Shown: positions 1 through 9,345, counted from the first letter of the stretch. The stretch: DNA of 32,000 bases from an uncultured Chloroflexia bacterium (GCA_963704755.1 OY969938.1:780001-812000); one strand, 5' to 3'. The notes: a model not told the origin generated them from the sequence alone. A program made the numbers and translations.

Positions 1-4
1 GGGG

Positions 5-30
5 TGACTTGCTACTCGAAAGTCATTTTT
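5..30 (+). terminator. Possible intrinsic terminator at the window edge
   Basis: Inverted repeat TGACTT (5-10) / AAGTCA (20-25) is followed by TTTTT (26-30). The gene it would terminate lies outside the window. Confidence 0.2.
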
Positions 31-103
31 AATTTACGCCGGTTCTAAAACCCTTGTGTCTTCTTCTCTCTTCCCTCATCCCCTGATTACTCATTACTAT
101 TCT

Positions 104-781
104 CTATTCTCTACTCTCTCTTCTCGCCTTCACCCACACCTCATCAAACATCGCCGCCGTCAGGCGGCCGGTCTGGGTATTCTGCCGGCTGGGGTGATAG
201 GAAGCGACCAATTTTAGCCGGTTTTTACCCAACGGATAGACGGCGCCATGCTTGAACTCGAACCGGGGCAGGTCGGGGTTGTTCAGGCGGTAAATGGCCA
301 GGGTCTGGTCGAAGGCCAGTTTGCCCAGGGCCACAATCACCTTGAGCCGCTCCAGGGCATCGATTTCTGCCTGCAAATAGGGCCGGCAGGCCATAATCTC
401 GGCAGGCAGCGGCTTGTTATCCGGCGGCGCACAGCGGCAGACCGCGCTGATGAACAGATCTTTCAATTGCAGCCCATCCTCGCGGCTCTGGGTCGTGGGC
501 TGGTTGGCAAACCCGGCCCGAAACAGGGCCGGGTAAAGGAAATCGCCGGAGGCGTCGCCGGTGAACATGCGCCCGGTTCGATTGGAACCGTGCGCCCCCG
601 GCGCCAGGCCGATCACCAGCACCGCCGCATGCGGGTCGCCAAATCCGGGTACCGGTTTGCCCCAATAATCCCAATCGCGGTAGGCCTTGCGTTTGGTGCG
701 GGCAACCTCTTCCCGGTATGCCGTCAGGCGGGGACACAGCCGGCAGTCGATAATGGTTTGGTTAAAGGCTTCCCAATCCAT
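104..781 (-). CDS. Uracil-DNA glycosylase, family 4/5 (Fe-S type)
   Basis: The 225-aa ORF has N-terminal CRLCPRL cysteines, the motif GLAPGAHGSNRTGRMFTGD typical of family 4/5 UDGs, and a C-terminal HPS motif. Its ATG overlaps the TGA of the upstream TetR gene (TGATG). Confidence 0.85.
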   Translation of the reverse strand: MDWEAFNQTIIDCRLCPRLTAYREEVARTKRKAYRDWDYWGKPVPGFGDPHAAVLVIGLAPGAHGSNRTGRMFTGDASGDFLYPALFRAGFANQPTTQSREDGLQLKDLFISAVCRCAPPDNKPLPAEIMACRPYLQAEIDALERLKVIVALGKLAFDQTLAIYRLNNPDLPRFEFKHGAVYPLGKNRLKLVASYHPSRQNTQTGRLTAAMFDEVWVKARRESRE

Positions 782-1374
782 CAGGATTCGCTCCCCAAGG
801 CGCCATGAAAGAAAATGGCCAGAATCTGTGAAAGCAGTTCTTCCAGTTGAGCCTTTTCCAGGTTTTGCTCTGGGGTGAAAAATGGGTACATCATTCCCAG
901 TAAAATCCAGGTTGCGGATCCGGTATTTTTCAAATTGAGCTGCCCACTTTGTACACCCGCGTCTAAAAGAGCCTGAATCTGGCCGGTGAACTTTTCGTGG
1001 TAAATCTGCCCAAACTCCAGGCGGGTGCCCGTATCCAGGTGGTGCATCTCCGAGCTCGCCAGCCGGATCACTGCTCGCTGGTTGGGCGGTAGAGAAAAGA
1101 TGCCATGCACCAGGGTGATGATTTTCTGTTCGATCCCTTCATCCGAATGAATACAGGGTTCAAGGATTTTATCGACTTCTTCCAGGTGCGCCTTGAGGAT
1201 GGCCAGAAGAAGTTGGGCCTTATCGCGGTAATAGTAATACAGGCCTGCTTTGGTAATCTGGCAGGCCTCAGCGATTTCGCGCATAGAAATGCCGTCATAC
1301 CCCCGCAGAACAAACAGCCGGGTGGCCTCGGCAAGGATACGGTCCTGCATCCGTGGGGAAAGCTCAGGTTGCAT
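781..1374 (-). CDS. TetR/AcrR-family transcriptional regulator
   Basis: The 197-aa ORF has an N-terminal HTH region (RILAEATRLFVLRGYDGISMREIAEACQITKAGLYYYY) characteristic of TetR_N, followed by a helical C-terminal domain. Confidence 0.85.
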   Translation of the reverse strand: MQPELSPRMQDRILAEATRLFVLRGYDGISMREIAEACQITKAGLYYYYRDKAQLLLAILKAHLEEVDKILEPCIHSDEGIEQKIITLVHGIFSLPPNQRAVIRLASSEMHHLDTGTRLEFGQIYHEKFTGQIQALLDAGVQSGQLNLKNTGSATWILLGMMYPFFTPEQNLEKAQLEELLSQILAIFFHGALGSES

Positions 1375-1520
1375 AAAAGTCGCTCCTGGAGTTTGCCTGG
1401 ATTAACTACCCGGCCGGCTGCTTTGAACCCTAAATTCGAGATATTTGTGGAAATGAACGCTCAGCAAATAGCAGGGTTTCGGGCATTCTTGAGCCAAACC
1501 CGAGTGGTTTCGCCCGATTA

Positions 1521-2942
1521 TTATAAATCCGTTCCGGGCTGCTCGGCTTGTATCGACCGGCTGGCGTGGGCAAAACGCTCTTCTTGACGCGACTTCAAGG
1601 CAAAGGAGATTATAAACATGACCAGGCTGGAGCCGGCCATCGCCAGAAAACCTTCTTGATATCCCTGGGCCGTCCCATTTCCCGAGGCGATTACTGCCCC
1701 GATCAAAGCCGAGCCGACTAATTGGCCTACACTGGTAAACAAAGAAACCACACCCTGGGCAGCGGACTTTTCGGCCTGGCCGGCCTCGTTAAGCATAATA
1801 TAGCGCAAAGGCGCTCCCAGCAGAGCGGATAATCCCAGGCCTATCAATGCACCGGAGGATATGAACATCGCCAGGGATTGACTGGCCAGGCTCAACAGCG
1901 CCAACCCGGCGGTTAATATGCCAGTGCCGCTCAGAATCACCCATTTCGAACCGAATCGATCCAAAAGCCGGCCTACCAGGGGTGAACCAAATGCCATCGC
2001 CACAACAACCGGCATGAGCAAATAGCTTGCCTGGCTTTCTCCCACCCCGAATAACGATACAACCGCCAGCGAAGGCATAAACACCAGGCTCGCCTCCCCC
2101 ATCCCTGCCCCTATTCCAAGCAAATAACTCAAATTAAGCTGCTTTTTCGCAAATAGTCGTGGGGGTAAGATTGGATTCTTGGCCCGCTGTTCCAATCGGG
2201 CGCCTGCGACTACTCCCAGTATTGCCAGCAGTAAAAATGGCCCGACAGACCAGGAGATCAAGCTTTGCCAAAAAGCGCCGGTATCGATCCGGTTTAACCC
2301 GATGGCCAGGCTGGCCAACGCCAACCCCAGAACGGCCATACCTGCCCAATCGAAGGACAGAGGCGCCTGTCGCTTTGTTTGCGGCAGCAGCCACAGGCTG
2401 AGGCCAATGACGACCAACGCCAGGGGAATATTCACCAGAAATAGCCATTGCCAGCCCACCGGCAGCAAAACGCCGCCTAAAATGGGGCCAACAATAAACG
2501 CCAGCCCAAACACTGCCCCAATCAACCCTAAAGCCGAACCCTGCTTCGCGGGAGGAAAAGTATCCCCAATCACGGCGCTGGCTACCGGAAAGATCCCGCT
2601 GGCTCCCAAGCCCTGGATGGCCCTGCCCAGCAACAACCCCCTGAAACCTACAAATCCAGAAAGCACCAATAGCAACGAGCCAAGGGCGAATAAGCTCACA
2701 TCCAGAACATAAATCATTCGCCTGCCGTAAGAATCGGATAATTTCGCCATCAAAGGCGTGCCGATCAAGTTGAAGAGCACATAAATGCCGAAAACCCAGG
2801 CCATCTGCCGTTCATTACTGACCCCAAAATATTTCTGGATGGCCGGTAAAGCCGGTCCAACGATTGCAATATCCAAGGCCCCCATAAGCACCCCCAGAAA
2901 TAAAACCAATAAAATGACATTGCGTTTTTTGTTTGTGATCAT
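1521..2942 (-). CDS. MFS transporter, DHA2 (EmrB/QacA-like, about 14 TMS) drug:H+ antiporter family
   Basis: The 473-aa ORF is very hydrophobic and carries the MFS motif LSDSYGRR after TM2. Size and TM pattern fit DHA2. A GGAGG SD lies 13 nt upstream of the ATG. Confidence 0.85.
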   Translation of the reverse strand: MITNKKRNVILLVLFLGVLMGALDIAIVGPALPAIQKYFGVSNERQMAWVFGIYVLFNLIGTPLMAKLSDSYGRRMIYVLDVSLFALGSLLLVLSGFVGFRGLLLGRAIQGLGASGIFPVASAVIGDTFPPAKQGSALGLIGAVFGLAFIVGPILGGVLLPVGWQWLFLVNIPLALVVIGLSLWLLPQTKRQAPLSFDWAGMAVLGLALASLAIGLNRIDTGAFWQSLISWSVGPFLLLAILGVVAGARLEQRAKNPILPPRLFAKKQLNLSYLLGIGAGMGEASLVFMPSLAVVSLFGVGESQASYLLMPVVVAMAFGSPLVGRLLDRFGSKWVILSGTGILTAGLALLSLASQSLAMFISSGALIGLGLSALLGAPLRYIMLNEAGQAEKSAAQGVVSLFTSVGQLVGSALIGAVIASGNGTAQGYQEGFLAMAGSSLVMFIISFALKSRQEERFAHASRSIQAEQPGTDL

Positions 2943-2950
2943 TTGAAATA

Positions 2951-3008
2951 GAAAGCCTCCTATAATATACTTACCGACCGGTCGGTAAGTATATTATAGG
3001 AGGCTTTC
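2951..3008. promoter_or_regulatory. Perfect 58-bp palindrome (29+29, no loop) between the PPIase stop and the MFS start. Candidate TetR operator, terminator and SD-sequestering hairpin.
   Basis: The sequence GAAAGCCTCCTATAATATACTTACCGACC|GGTCGGTAAGTATATTATAGGAGGCTTTC was checked base by base. It contains TATAAT on both strands, the core TACCGACCGGTCGGTA and the GGAGG SD of the MFS gene. Confidence 0.6.
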
Positions 3009-3043
3009 GCCAATTTGCAAAGTATTAATCGAGCGAAGATGTA

Positions 3044-3565
3044 TTACTCTTCTTCGGTAATCTCCACAGTTTGAAGCTTGACAGATGGGCTGCCAATTTT
3101 GGATGGATCGCGCTCCGGGATGGAAAGCAGCACATCCATCCCCTCGACCACCTCGCCGAAGATGGAATGTTTGTTATCCAACCAGGGAGTTGGCACGTGG
3201 GTCAAGAAGAACTGCGAGCCGTTGGTGCCCGGGCCAGCGTTGGCCATCGAGAGCAGGCCGGGCTTGTTGTGACGAAGTGACGGATGGAATTCATCGGCAA
3301 AGCGGTAGCCGGGGCCTCCGCGGCCGGTGCCGGTGGGGTCACCGCCCTGGACCATGAAATCCTTGATCACCCGGTGGAAAATGGTGTCATCGTAAAAACC
3401 TTCACGAACCAGAAAAACAAAGTTGTTGACGGTTTTGGGGGTTTTATCGGCAAACAAATGCACCACGATATCTCCCTTATCGGTTTTGAAAGTAGCCGTG
3501 TACTTCTTTTTTGTATCGATCTGCATTTCAGGGGGTTTATTCCACTGCTTGGCTGAGCTGGTCAT
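3044..3565 (-). CDS. Peptidyl-prolyl cis-trans isomerase, cyclophilin type
   Basis: The 173-aa ORF has cyclophilin signatures [15 protein letters not shown] and NGSQFFL. Confidence 0.9.
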   Translation of the reverse strand: MTSSAKQWNKPPEMQIDTKKKYTATFKTDKGDIVVHLFADKTPKTVNNFVFLVREGFYDDTIFHRVIKDFMVQGGDPTGTGRGGPGYRFADEFHPSLRHNKPGLLSMANAGPGTNGSQFFLTHVPTPWLDNKHSIFGEVVEGMDVLLSIPERDPSKIGSPSVKLQTVEITEEE

Positions 3566-3640
3566 AATATCTCCTTTTTAAAATCCAGAATTGGTAAGTT
3601 CAAATCGGGTGAGAAACCTGAACCAGAGGGCCCAAATCCC

Positions 3641-4660
3641 TCACAGTAACAACATGGCGTCGCCAAACGAGAAGAAGCGGTACTTCATCTCGATCGCTTG
3701 CTGATATGCTGACAGAATTCGCTCGCGCCCTGAAAATGCCGAAACCAGCATCAGCAGGGTAGAACGGGGCAGATGAAAATTGGTAACCATGGCATCCACT
3801 GCCCTAAAGGTATACCCCGGCAGGATGAACAGGTTGGTTGGTCCGCTGAACGTGCCGACTACCTGCCCTTCGGCGGCGTTTTGGGCAGCCGACTCGAGCG
3901 TCCGTACGCTGGTCGTGCCGACGGCCACAATTCGCCCACCGTTATGTTTGGCCTGGTTGATCTGGTCGGCAGTGGCCTGGTTCAATTCACACCACTCGGT
4001 GTGGATTTTGTGCTCGACCGGGTCGTTTTCATTGACCGGCGCGAACGTATCCAGCCCAACGTGCAGTGTTAGCCTGGCAAAGCCAATTCCATGAGCGGAA
4101 AGGTCCTCCATCAACTCACGGGTAAAGTGCAGGCCGGCTGTTGGCGCAGCCGCAGAACCGGACTCTTTGGAATAGACGGTCTGGTAGCGTTCCGGGTCGG
4201 TCAATCGCTCGTGGATGTAAGGCGGCAGCGGCATCTGCCCGATCTGGGGCAAAAAGCTCTCCACCGGCTCATCGAAGCGAACTAACCGGCGAGCCCCATC
4301 CAAAGCCTCCACAACTTCCAATCCCGGCCCGCCTTCCAGGTCCAGGTGACTGCCAGTACGCACCTTCTTCCCGCCAATCAAAGTCTCCCAGGTGCGCTCG
4401 TCCACCCGGCGCAACAACAATACCTCGACTTTACCGCCGGTAGGTTTGTGCGCGAAAATCCGCGCCGGGATGACCCGCGTCTGGTTGATGACCAGCAGGT
4501 CGCCGGGATTGAGATATTTCCCAATCTCCCGAAAGGTGACGTGCTCCAATGGGCGGCCGTCCCTGGCCAGGACCATCAAGCGAGAGTTGTGGCGCGGTTC
4601 GATAGGCGCCTGGGCAATCCGCTCAAGCGGCAGGTCATAGTCAAAATCGTCAGTACGCAT
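3641..4660 (-). CDS. queA: S-adenosylmethionine:tRNA ribosyltransferase-isomerase
   Basis: The 339-aa ORF has the canonical QueA N-terminus [19 protein letters not shown] and C-terminus [12 protein letters not shown]. Confidence 0.92.
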   Translation of the reverse strand: MRTDDFDYDLPLERIAQAPIEPRHNSRLMVLARDGRPLEHVTFREIGKYLNPGDLLVINQTRVIPARIFAHKPTGGKVEVLLLRRVDERTWETLIGGKKVRTGSHLDLEGGPGLEVVEALDGARRLVRFDEPVESFLPQIGQMPLPPYIHERLTDPERYQTVYSKESGSAAAPTAGLHFTRELMEDLSAHGIGFARLTLHVGLDTFAPVNENDPVEHKIHTEWCELNQATADQINQAKHNGGRIVAVGTTSVRTLESAAQNAAEGQVVGTFSGPTNLFILPGYTFRAVDAMVTNFHLPRSTLLMLVSAFSGRERILSAYQQAIEMKYRFFSFGDAMLLL

Positions 4661-5766
4661 GCGAAATCAAAAACCTTTAGCAAGCAGCAGGGAACCGGAA
4701 CTAACCCTGCGAAGTCTTCTTCCAGAGGGAGAGAGTTAAAAAGAGGCGGCTGGCGATCATTGGTCTCCGGATAAGCCACCCCCAGGTGATCGTAAGCCCG
4801 GCGTGTTGCGATCCGGCCTTGCGGCGTGCGGTCGATGAACCCCAATTGGAGCAAATAGGGCTCAACGACATCCATGATCGTATCCGCTTCTTCACCGATC
4901 GAGGCGGCAATCGTATTCAATCCCACCGGTCCGCCGCTATATTTTTCGATAATCGTCGACAATACCCGCCGGTCCACATCATCCAACCCCAGCGGATCCA
5001 CATTGAGCAGGTTCAAGGCATCCCCGGCTACTTCCCGGTTGATCACCCCATCCGCGCGCACCTGGGCGTAATCCCGCACCCGCCGCAGCAGGCGCAAGGC
5101 AACCCGCGGGGTTCCGCGCGCCCGTCGCGCCACTTCTTCGATGCCACTGTCGTCACAAGTCACAGAAAGTTTGCCGGCCGCCCGACGGACGATGGTGCTC
5201 ATGGCGGGCAAATCGTAATAATCCAGGCGATAAACCGCGCCAAACCTGGCCCGCAAAGGAGCGCTAACCAGTGCCAAACGAGTTGTAGCGCCGACTATTG
5301 TAAAACGAGGCAATTTGAGGCGGATCGAGCGTGCCGATGGGCCCTTGCCGATAATGATGTCCAGCGAGAAATCTTCCATAGCCGGATAGAGAACTTCCTC
5401 GACAGCCCTGCCCAGGCGGTGGATCTCATCGATAAACAGCACATCCCCGCCCTGCAGATTGGTCAGGATCGCAGCCAGGTCGCCAGCCCGTTCCACGGCC
5501 GGCCCGGCGGTGATTTTAATATTCACGCCCATCTCGTTCGCCAAAACGTGCGACAACGTCGTTTTTCCCAGGCCGGGTGGCCCATAAAACAAGACGTGGT
5601 CCAGGGGTTCTTTGCGCTGGCGGGCGGCGTCGATCAAAATCTCCAGGTTTTCCTTCACCTGGTTCTGGCCGATCACATCATTGAGGTGTCGAGGACGCAG
5701 CGCCTGGTCCTGGCGGTCATCCGGACGGACATTGGGAGTGACTATACGCTGCGGGGTATCGTTCAT
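4576..5766 (-). CDS. ruvB: Holliday junction branch migration DNA helicase RuvB (with an abnormal C-terminal tail overlapping queA)
   Basis: The chosen start is the internal Met (MNDTPQRIV...) at 5766. Walker [10 protein letters not shown], Walker B FIDEIH and the RuvB winged-helix C-domain are present. After ...[20 protein letters not shown] the frame stays open for about 65 more codons into queA. Confidence 0.85.
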   Translation of the reverse strand: MNDTPQRIVTPNVRPDDRQDQALRPRHLNDVIGQNQVKENLEILIDAARQRKEPLDHVLFYGPPGLGKTTLSHVLANEMGVNIKITAGPAVERAGDLAAILTNLQGGDVLFIDEIHRLGRAVEEVLYPAMEDFSLDIIIGKGPSARSIRLKLPRFTIVGATTRLALVSAPLRARFGAVYRLDYYDLPAMSTIVRRAAGKLSVTCDDSGIEEVARRARGTPRVALRLLRRVRDYAQVRADGVINREVAGDALNLLNVDPLGLDDVDRRVLSTIIEKYSGGPVGLNTIAASIGEEADTIMDVVEPYLLQLGFIDRTPQGRIATRRAYDHLGVAYPETNDRQPPLFNSLPLEEDFAGLVPVPCCLLKVFDFACVLTILTMTCRLSGLPRRLSNRATTLA

Positions 5767-5829
5767 GCAGACGATTATACCCTCATTCTGAAACGGAGTT
5801 TGGGAAACGACGCAGCTACCGCAAAAGAG

Positions 5830-5888
5830 AGCGTTGTTTTTATGTTTTTTCGTGTGCGATGCACGCGAAAAAACATAAAAACAACGCT
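5830..5888. repeat. Intergenic hairpin repeat, copy A (59 nt)
   Basis: AGCGTTGTTTTTATGTTTTTTCGTGTGCGATGCACGCGAAAAAACATAAAAACAACGCT is a near-perfect inverted repeat centred at 5859. It shares an 18-mer, TTTTTCGTGTGCGATGCA, with copy B at 24451-24495. Confidence 0.7.
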
Positions 5889-5958
5889 GGTTACCAAACC
5901 AGCTTGAGTAGTATCCAGTTTGGTATATAATTGGCAAAATTTCCCAAGAGGAGAACGC

Positions 5959-6585
5959 ATGTCCGAACTGCACGTAAGCACACATCCGTTGATCCTGCAC
6001 AAGCTGGGCAAGCTCCGGGCCACCAGCACTGAACCCAAAAAATTCCGCGAGTTGGTGCGCGAAATCACAGCTTTACTGGCCTATGAAGCCACCTCAGATC
6101 TATCGGTTACACCGGTAGACATCCAAACCCCGATGGGCACCGCCCATTGCGCTGAGTTGAATGAAAAAATTGGATTAATCCCCATTTTGCGCGCCGGGCT
6201 GGGGATGGTCGAAGGGATCTGGGAGTTAATGCCTTCAGCCGAGGTTTGGCATATTGGCCTGTACCGCGACGAAAAAACCCTTAAACCGGTCCAGTATTAC
6301 AATAAACTACCCCTGGAGCCGCGGGTAGCAATTTGCCTGATCGTAGATCCCATGCTGGCGACCGGCGGCTCGGCTGTGGCGACCGTAGACATTTTGAAGA
6401 ATTGGGGTGTCACAAAGATCAAGTTCGTCGGGTTGATTGGCGCACCGGAAGGGATCAAAGCCCTGCAGACCGCGCACCCGGACGTGCCCATTCACCTGGC
6501 TGCGGTGGACGACCACTTGAATGAAATCGGCTACATCGTTCCTGGCCTGGGAGATGCCGGCGACCGCCAGTTCGGTACCGGTTGA
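5959..6585 (+). CDS. upp: Uracil phosphoribosyltransferase
   Basis: The start was moved to [11 protein letters not shown]... (ATG 5959), which has an AGGAG SD 5-10 nt upstream. Upp motifs are present ([31 protein letters not shown]). Confidence 0.92.
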   Translation: MSELHVSTHPLILHKLGKLRATSTEPKKFRELVREITALLAYEATSDLSVTPVDIQTPMGTAHCAELNEKIGLIPILRAGLGMVEGIWELMPSAEVWHIGLYRDEKTLKPVQYYNKLPLEPRVAICLIVDPMLATGGSAVATVDILKNWGVTKIKFVGLIGAPEGIKALQTAHPDVPIHLAAVDDHLNEIGYIVPGLGDAGDRQFGTG

Positions 6586-6605
6586 ATGGCGCATTCTTAA
6601 AACAT

Positions 6606-6636
6606 AAAGCCTGAGATATTCAATCTCAGGCTTTTT
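6606..6636. terminator. Bidirectional intrinsic terminator between the convergent genes upp and moaA
   Basis: A 12-bp stem AAAGCCTGAGAT / ATCTCAGGCTTT has the loop ATTCA. It is flanked by a T-run on the + strand and an A-run on the other side. Confidence 0.7.
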
Positions 6637-6692
6637 AGGAATTCCTTTACTCAACTGGAAGAAAACCTGAATTTGAATCTTTTACGTGGCGT

Positions 6693-7682
6693 TTAGCCGC
6701 CGATTTGGGTCATCCAGCGGCCGGATGGGTGGATATCTTCCGCCAGAGGGTGTTTTTCCGGTTTCAAAGCCACAGCCTGTTCGAGTAACGGCAGCATGGG
6801 CTCTCCGGCACGCATCTTTTCCAGGATGGGCACTTCCAGGTCTTTCATCAGGCAGGGGCGCAGGTTGCCGTCTGCGGTGAGGCGCATGCGATTGCAGGCC
6901 TGGCAGAAATGGACCTCACTCAGGGGTGAGATGAACCCTACCGTACCCGGGCTGTCCGGGAACCGGTACGTAGCGGCCGGCCCGCTGCCAGCCTGGCCTT
7001 CAACCGGCACCAACCCGAGGGGTTCCAGGATTTCGAGGGCCTCTTCTACCGAGAAGAAGGCTTTTTCGACATCCGCCCAATCGCTCTCCCAGGTTTGCTC
7101 ATCCTGCAGCGGCATCAACTCGATGAAGCGGACCTGCCAGGGATGGACTTTGCTCATCTCTGCCAGCTCGACTATTTCGTCGTCATTGAAACCGCGCATG
7201 AGTACCGAATTAATCTTGATGGGTGCAATCCCGGCTTGCTCGGCTGCCGCGATCCCTTTAAGCACCTGCTCCAGTTTCCCACCGCGAGTGATGTGGCGGA
7301 AACGCTCCGGATTTAAAGTGTCCAGGCTGACGTTGATCCGCTTCAAACCGGCCTGCGCCAGTGGAACCGACAGGCGCTCCAATAAAGTGCCGTTGGTGGT
7401 CAGGCTGAGATCCTTCAGGCCAGGGATATCCGCGAGCATTTTGATCAGCTCCGGTAAATCAGCCCGGACCAGCGGTTCGCCTCCGGTGATTCGCACCTCG
7501 GTAATGCCGTTTTCGACGGCCATCCGGGTGAAATCCACGATCTCTTCATAACGCATCACTGCTCCATGCGAGATCCAGGGCAACCCCTGGGGGGGCATGC
7601 AGTAGGTACAGCGTAAGTTACAGCGATCGGTAACCGATATTCTCAAGTAAGTGATCTGGCGTCCGAATGTATCAGTAAGCAC
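6693..7682 (-). CDS. moaA: GTP 3',8-cyclase MoaA (radical SAM, molybdenum cofactor biosynthesis)
   Basis: The 329-aa ORF has a GTG start, the motif YLRISVTDRCNLRCTYC (CxxxCxxC) and a C-terminal second-cluster region CQACNRMRLTADG. Confidence 0.9.
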   Translation of the reverse strand: MLTDTFGRQITYLRISVTDRCNLRCTYCMPPQGLPWISHGAVMRYEEIVDFTRMAVENGITEVRITGGEPLVRADLPELIKMLADIPGLKDLSLTTNGTLLERLSVPLAQAGLKRINVSLDTLNPERFRHITRGGKLEQVLKGIAAAEQAGIAPIKINSVLMRGFNDDEIVELAEMSKVHPWQVRFIELMPLQDEQTWESDWADVEKAFFSVEEALEILEPLGLVPVEGQAGSGPAATYRFPDSPGTVGFISPLSEVHFCQACNRMRLTADGNLRPCLMKDLEVPILEKMRAGEPMLPLLEQAVALKPEKHPLAEDIHPSGRWMTQIGG

Positions 7683-7829
7683 TATTGATCCTGAAACAAT
7701 AATTTTTTTATAGCTGCTCAGTCCAAGGAAAGAATCTGAGTAGTTTCTTTTTGTTACCGAAATTATATTTTACCCACCCACCACCAAACCGGCAGGTGTT
7801 GAAGGTCACTTCCCTGCCAGACAACCGGC

Positions 7830-8471
7830 TTAAACCTCAACCTGCAGAATCAACCGGCCCGCCAATACCCGCAGCAGCCAGACCGGGATAGCCAGAAACA
7901 GGTGTACTGCCAGGCTGATCACAAAGATCAAGGCCAGGAAATGCAGCCCCTGGTTGAGCGGCGGCATCAGGTTTTGCAGCATCCAGGTGCCTGCCCCGGC
8001 CAGCAAGGCCAGAACCGTCGCTACTCCAATGACCAGCGTTACCGGCAGCCAGGCCTGCCGGTCAGAGGCCGAAGGCAACATGGTAGAGCTGATGACAAAA
8101 CACAAATAAAACCAGACCCAGAAATCCGGGCGATCGGTAGCCGAACCCAGACCGGCCCACAGAGACGCCCAATCCATTCGGATCAGGTCGTCGGCTAACG
8201 GGAACAGTCCGAGCTGCCGGATGCCAATCCAACTGATTGCTGCCACTCCGCTGATCAAAGGAGCCGTGCCGATCAGCGCCTCGCGGAAAAAGTCGCTTGA
8301 TGCCGCTTCGACATACCCCAAACGCAAGGTCCCATTGGCCTGGGCTCGCGGAATCAACGAAAAGCGGCCCGTTTTGACTCGTAATAATTTAGCCATCACC
8401 AGATGACTCAGCTCGTGCAGCAAGACGCCGGGCAGAAAAAGCAAAGAAAACAGGCCGATCGTGACGTTCAC
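7830..8471 (-). CDS. Polytopic membrane protein with an N-terminal HExxH motif (putative M50/site-2-protease-like metalloprotease)
   Basis: The 213-aa ORF has LHELSHLVMA inside the first hydrophobic segment and several further TM segments. No closer family assignment is possible by eye. Confidence 0.45.
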   Translation of the reverse strand: MNVTIGLFSLLFLPGVLLHELSHLVMAKLLRVKTGRFSLIPRAQANGTLRLGYVEAASSDFFREALIGTAPLISGVAAISWIGIRQLGLFPLADDLIRMDWASLWAGLGSATDRPDFWVWFYLCFVISSTMLPSASDRQAWLPVTLVIGVATVLALLAGAGTWMLQNLMPPLNQGLHFLALIFVISLAVHLFLAIPVWLLRVLAGRLILQVEV

Positions 8472-8586
8472 ATTGTCGGTGAGAATTAAAAGAGAGCCTG
8501 CAACTCGCGATGCAGCCAGCGCTGCACCAGCAAGAAAGCCAGCAGGCTCCCAATAAAATAGACCAGTCCGCTAAATTGCGACAGGA

Positions 8587-9345
8587 TTACCCGGCGGCAG
8601 TTTCGACGATCTTGACGAAATCAGCCGGTTTCAGGCTGGCGCCGCCCACCAAAGCCCCGTCGATCTCGCTCTGTGAGAAGAACTCAGCGGCATTGGCGCC
8701 GGTGACCGAACCACCGTACAGGATGCGGATCGCGTTAGCCACATCGGAGCCGTATAACTCGGCCAGGGCGGGCCGGATATAATCCGCCAGGACTTTGTTG
8801 GCGCCCTCACCGCTGGCAGCTCGCCCGGTGCCGATAGCCCAGATCGGCTCGTAAGCAACCACCAGTGCGCGTGCCCGCTCTTCAGACAAATTTCTCAGCC
8901 CGTGCTTGATCTGGCGGGTCACGACTTCGGCTGTCTTGCCATCTTCGTTCTCTTCCAGCGTTTCACCCACGCAGACAATAGGCGTCAGGCCAATTTCATA
9001 AGCCGCCATCACTTTCTTGTTGACCGTTTCATCGGTTTCGCCAAAATACGCCCGGCGTTCAGAGTGTCCGAGGATGACGTATGCGCAGAATTCCTTGACC
9101 ATTTCTGGTGAAACCTCGCCGGTAAAGGCGCCTTTGGCCTCCCAAAAAAGGTTTTGCGCGCCTAACCCGACCCCGGTCCCCGTCAGCATGGCCGAAATCG
9201 GCACGAGGCTGATATACGGTGGGCACAGCACCCGATCGACTGTGGTCACAGATTGTAGCCCCGGCAGCATATCGGCGACCAGGCTGCGCGCCTGCTCGAC
9301 AGTCTTGTTCATTTTCCAGTTCCCGGCAACGAACGGTTTACGCAT
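8587..9345 (-). CDS. tpiA: Triose-phosphate isomerase
   Basis: The start was trimmed to MRKPFVAGNWKMNKT (ATG 9345), with a GGGAGG SD upstream. TIM motifs are present (GHSERR, AYEPIWAIGTG, GGASL). Confidence 0.92.
   Translation of the reverse strand: MRKPFVAGNWKMNKTVEQARSLVADMLPGLQSVTTVDRVLCPPYISLVPISAMLTGTGVGLGAQNLFWEAKGAFTGEVSPEMVKEFCAYVILGHSERRAYFGETDETVNKKVMAAYEIGLTPIVCVGETLEENEDGKTAEVVTRQIKHGLRNLSEERARALVVAYEPIWAIGTGRAASGEGANKVLADYIRPALAELYGSDVANAIRILYGGSVTGANAAEFFSQSEIDGALVGGASLKPADFVKIVETAAG

Noticed and set aside
4786-5907. A 373-aa plus-strand ORF covers almost the whole ruvB locus.
   Set aside because: It is antisense to a gene with unmistakable RuvB motifs. Its translation is Arg/Pro/Gln-rich with no recognisable domain and no SD. 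This is a typical shadow ORF in GC-biased coding DNA.
6796-7551. A 251-aa plus-strand ORF lies inside moaA. Shorter antisense ORFs are similarly listed inside the UDG, MFS, queA, STAND regulator, RSH and M20 genes.
   Set aside because: All of them overlap well-supported genes on the opposite strand or in another frame. They have low-complexity Ser/Arg/Pro-rich translations and no start context.
7683-7829. A possible Moco riboswitch in the 147-nt region upstream of moaA.
   Set aside because: I see only two simple hairpins (GGCAGG/CCTGCC, probably the terminator of the upstream gene, and CTCAG/CTGAG) and a TATAAT box. The remaining leader is short and AU-rich. I could not recognise the conserved Moco-motif core. 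An Rfam covariance scan would settle it.
8486-8586. A small hydrophobic ORF (…FSGLVYFIGSLLAFLLVQRWLHRELQALF*) between tpiA and the HExxH membrane protein, at the position where secG often follows tpiA.
   Set aside because: It has no ATG, GTG or TTG start in frame (only ATC/CTG) and is about 30 codons long, so it is too short for SecG and dissimilar to it. It might become real if another indel is hidden here, but this cannot be supported from the sequence.
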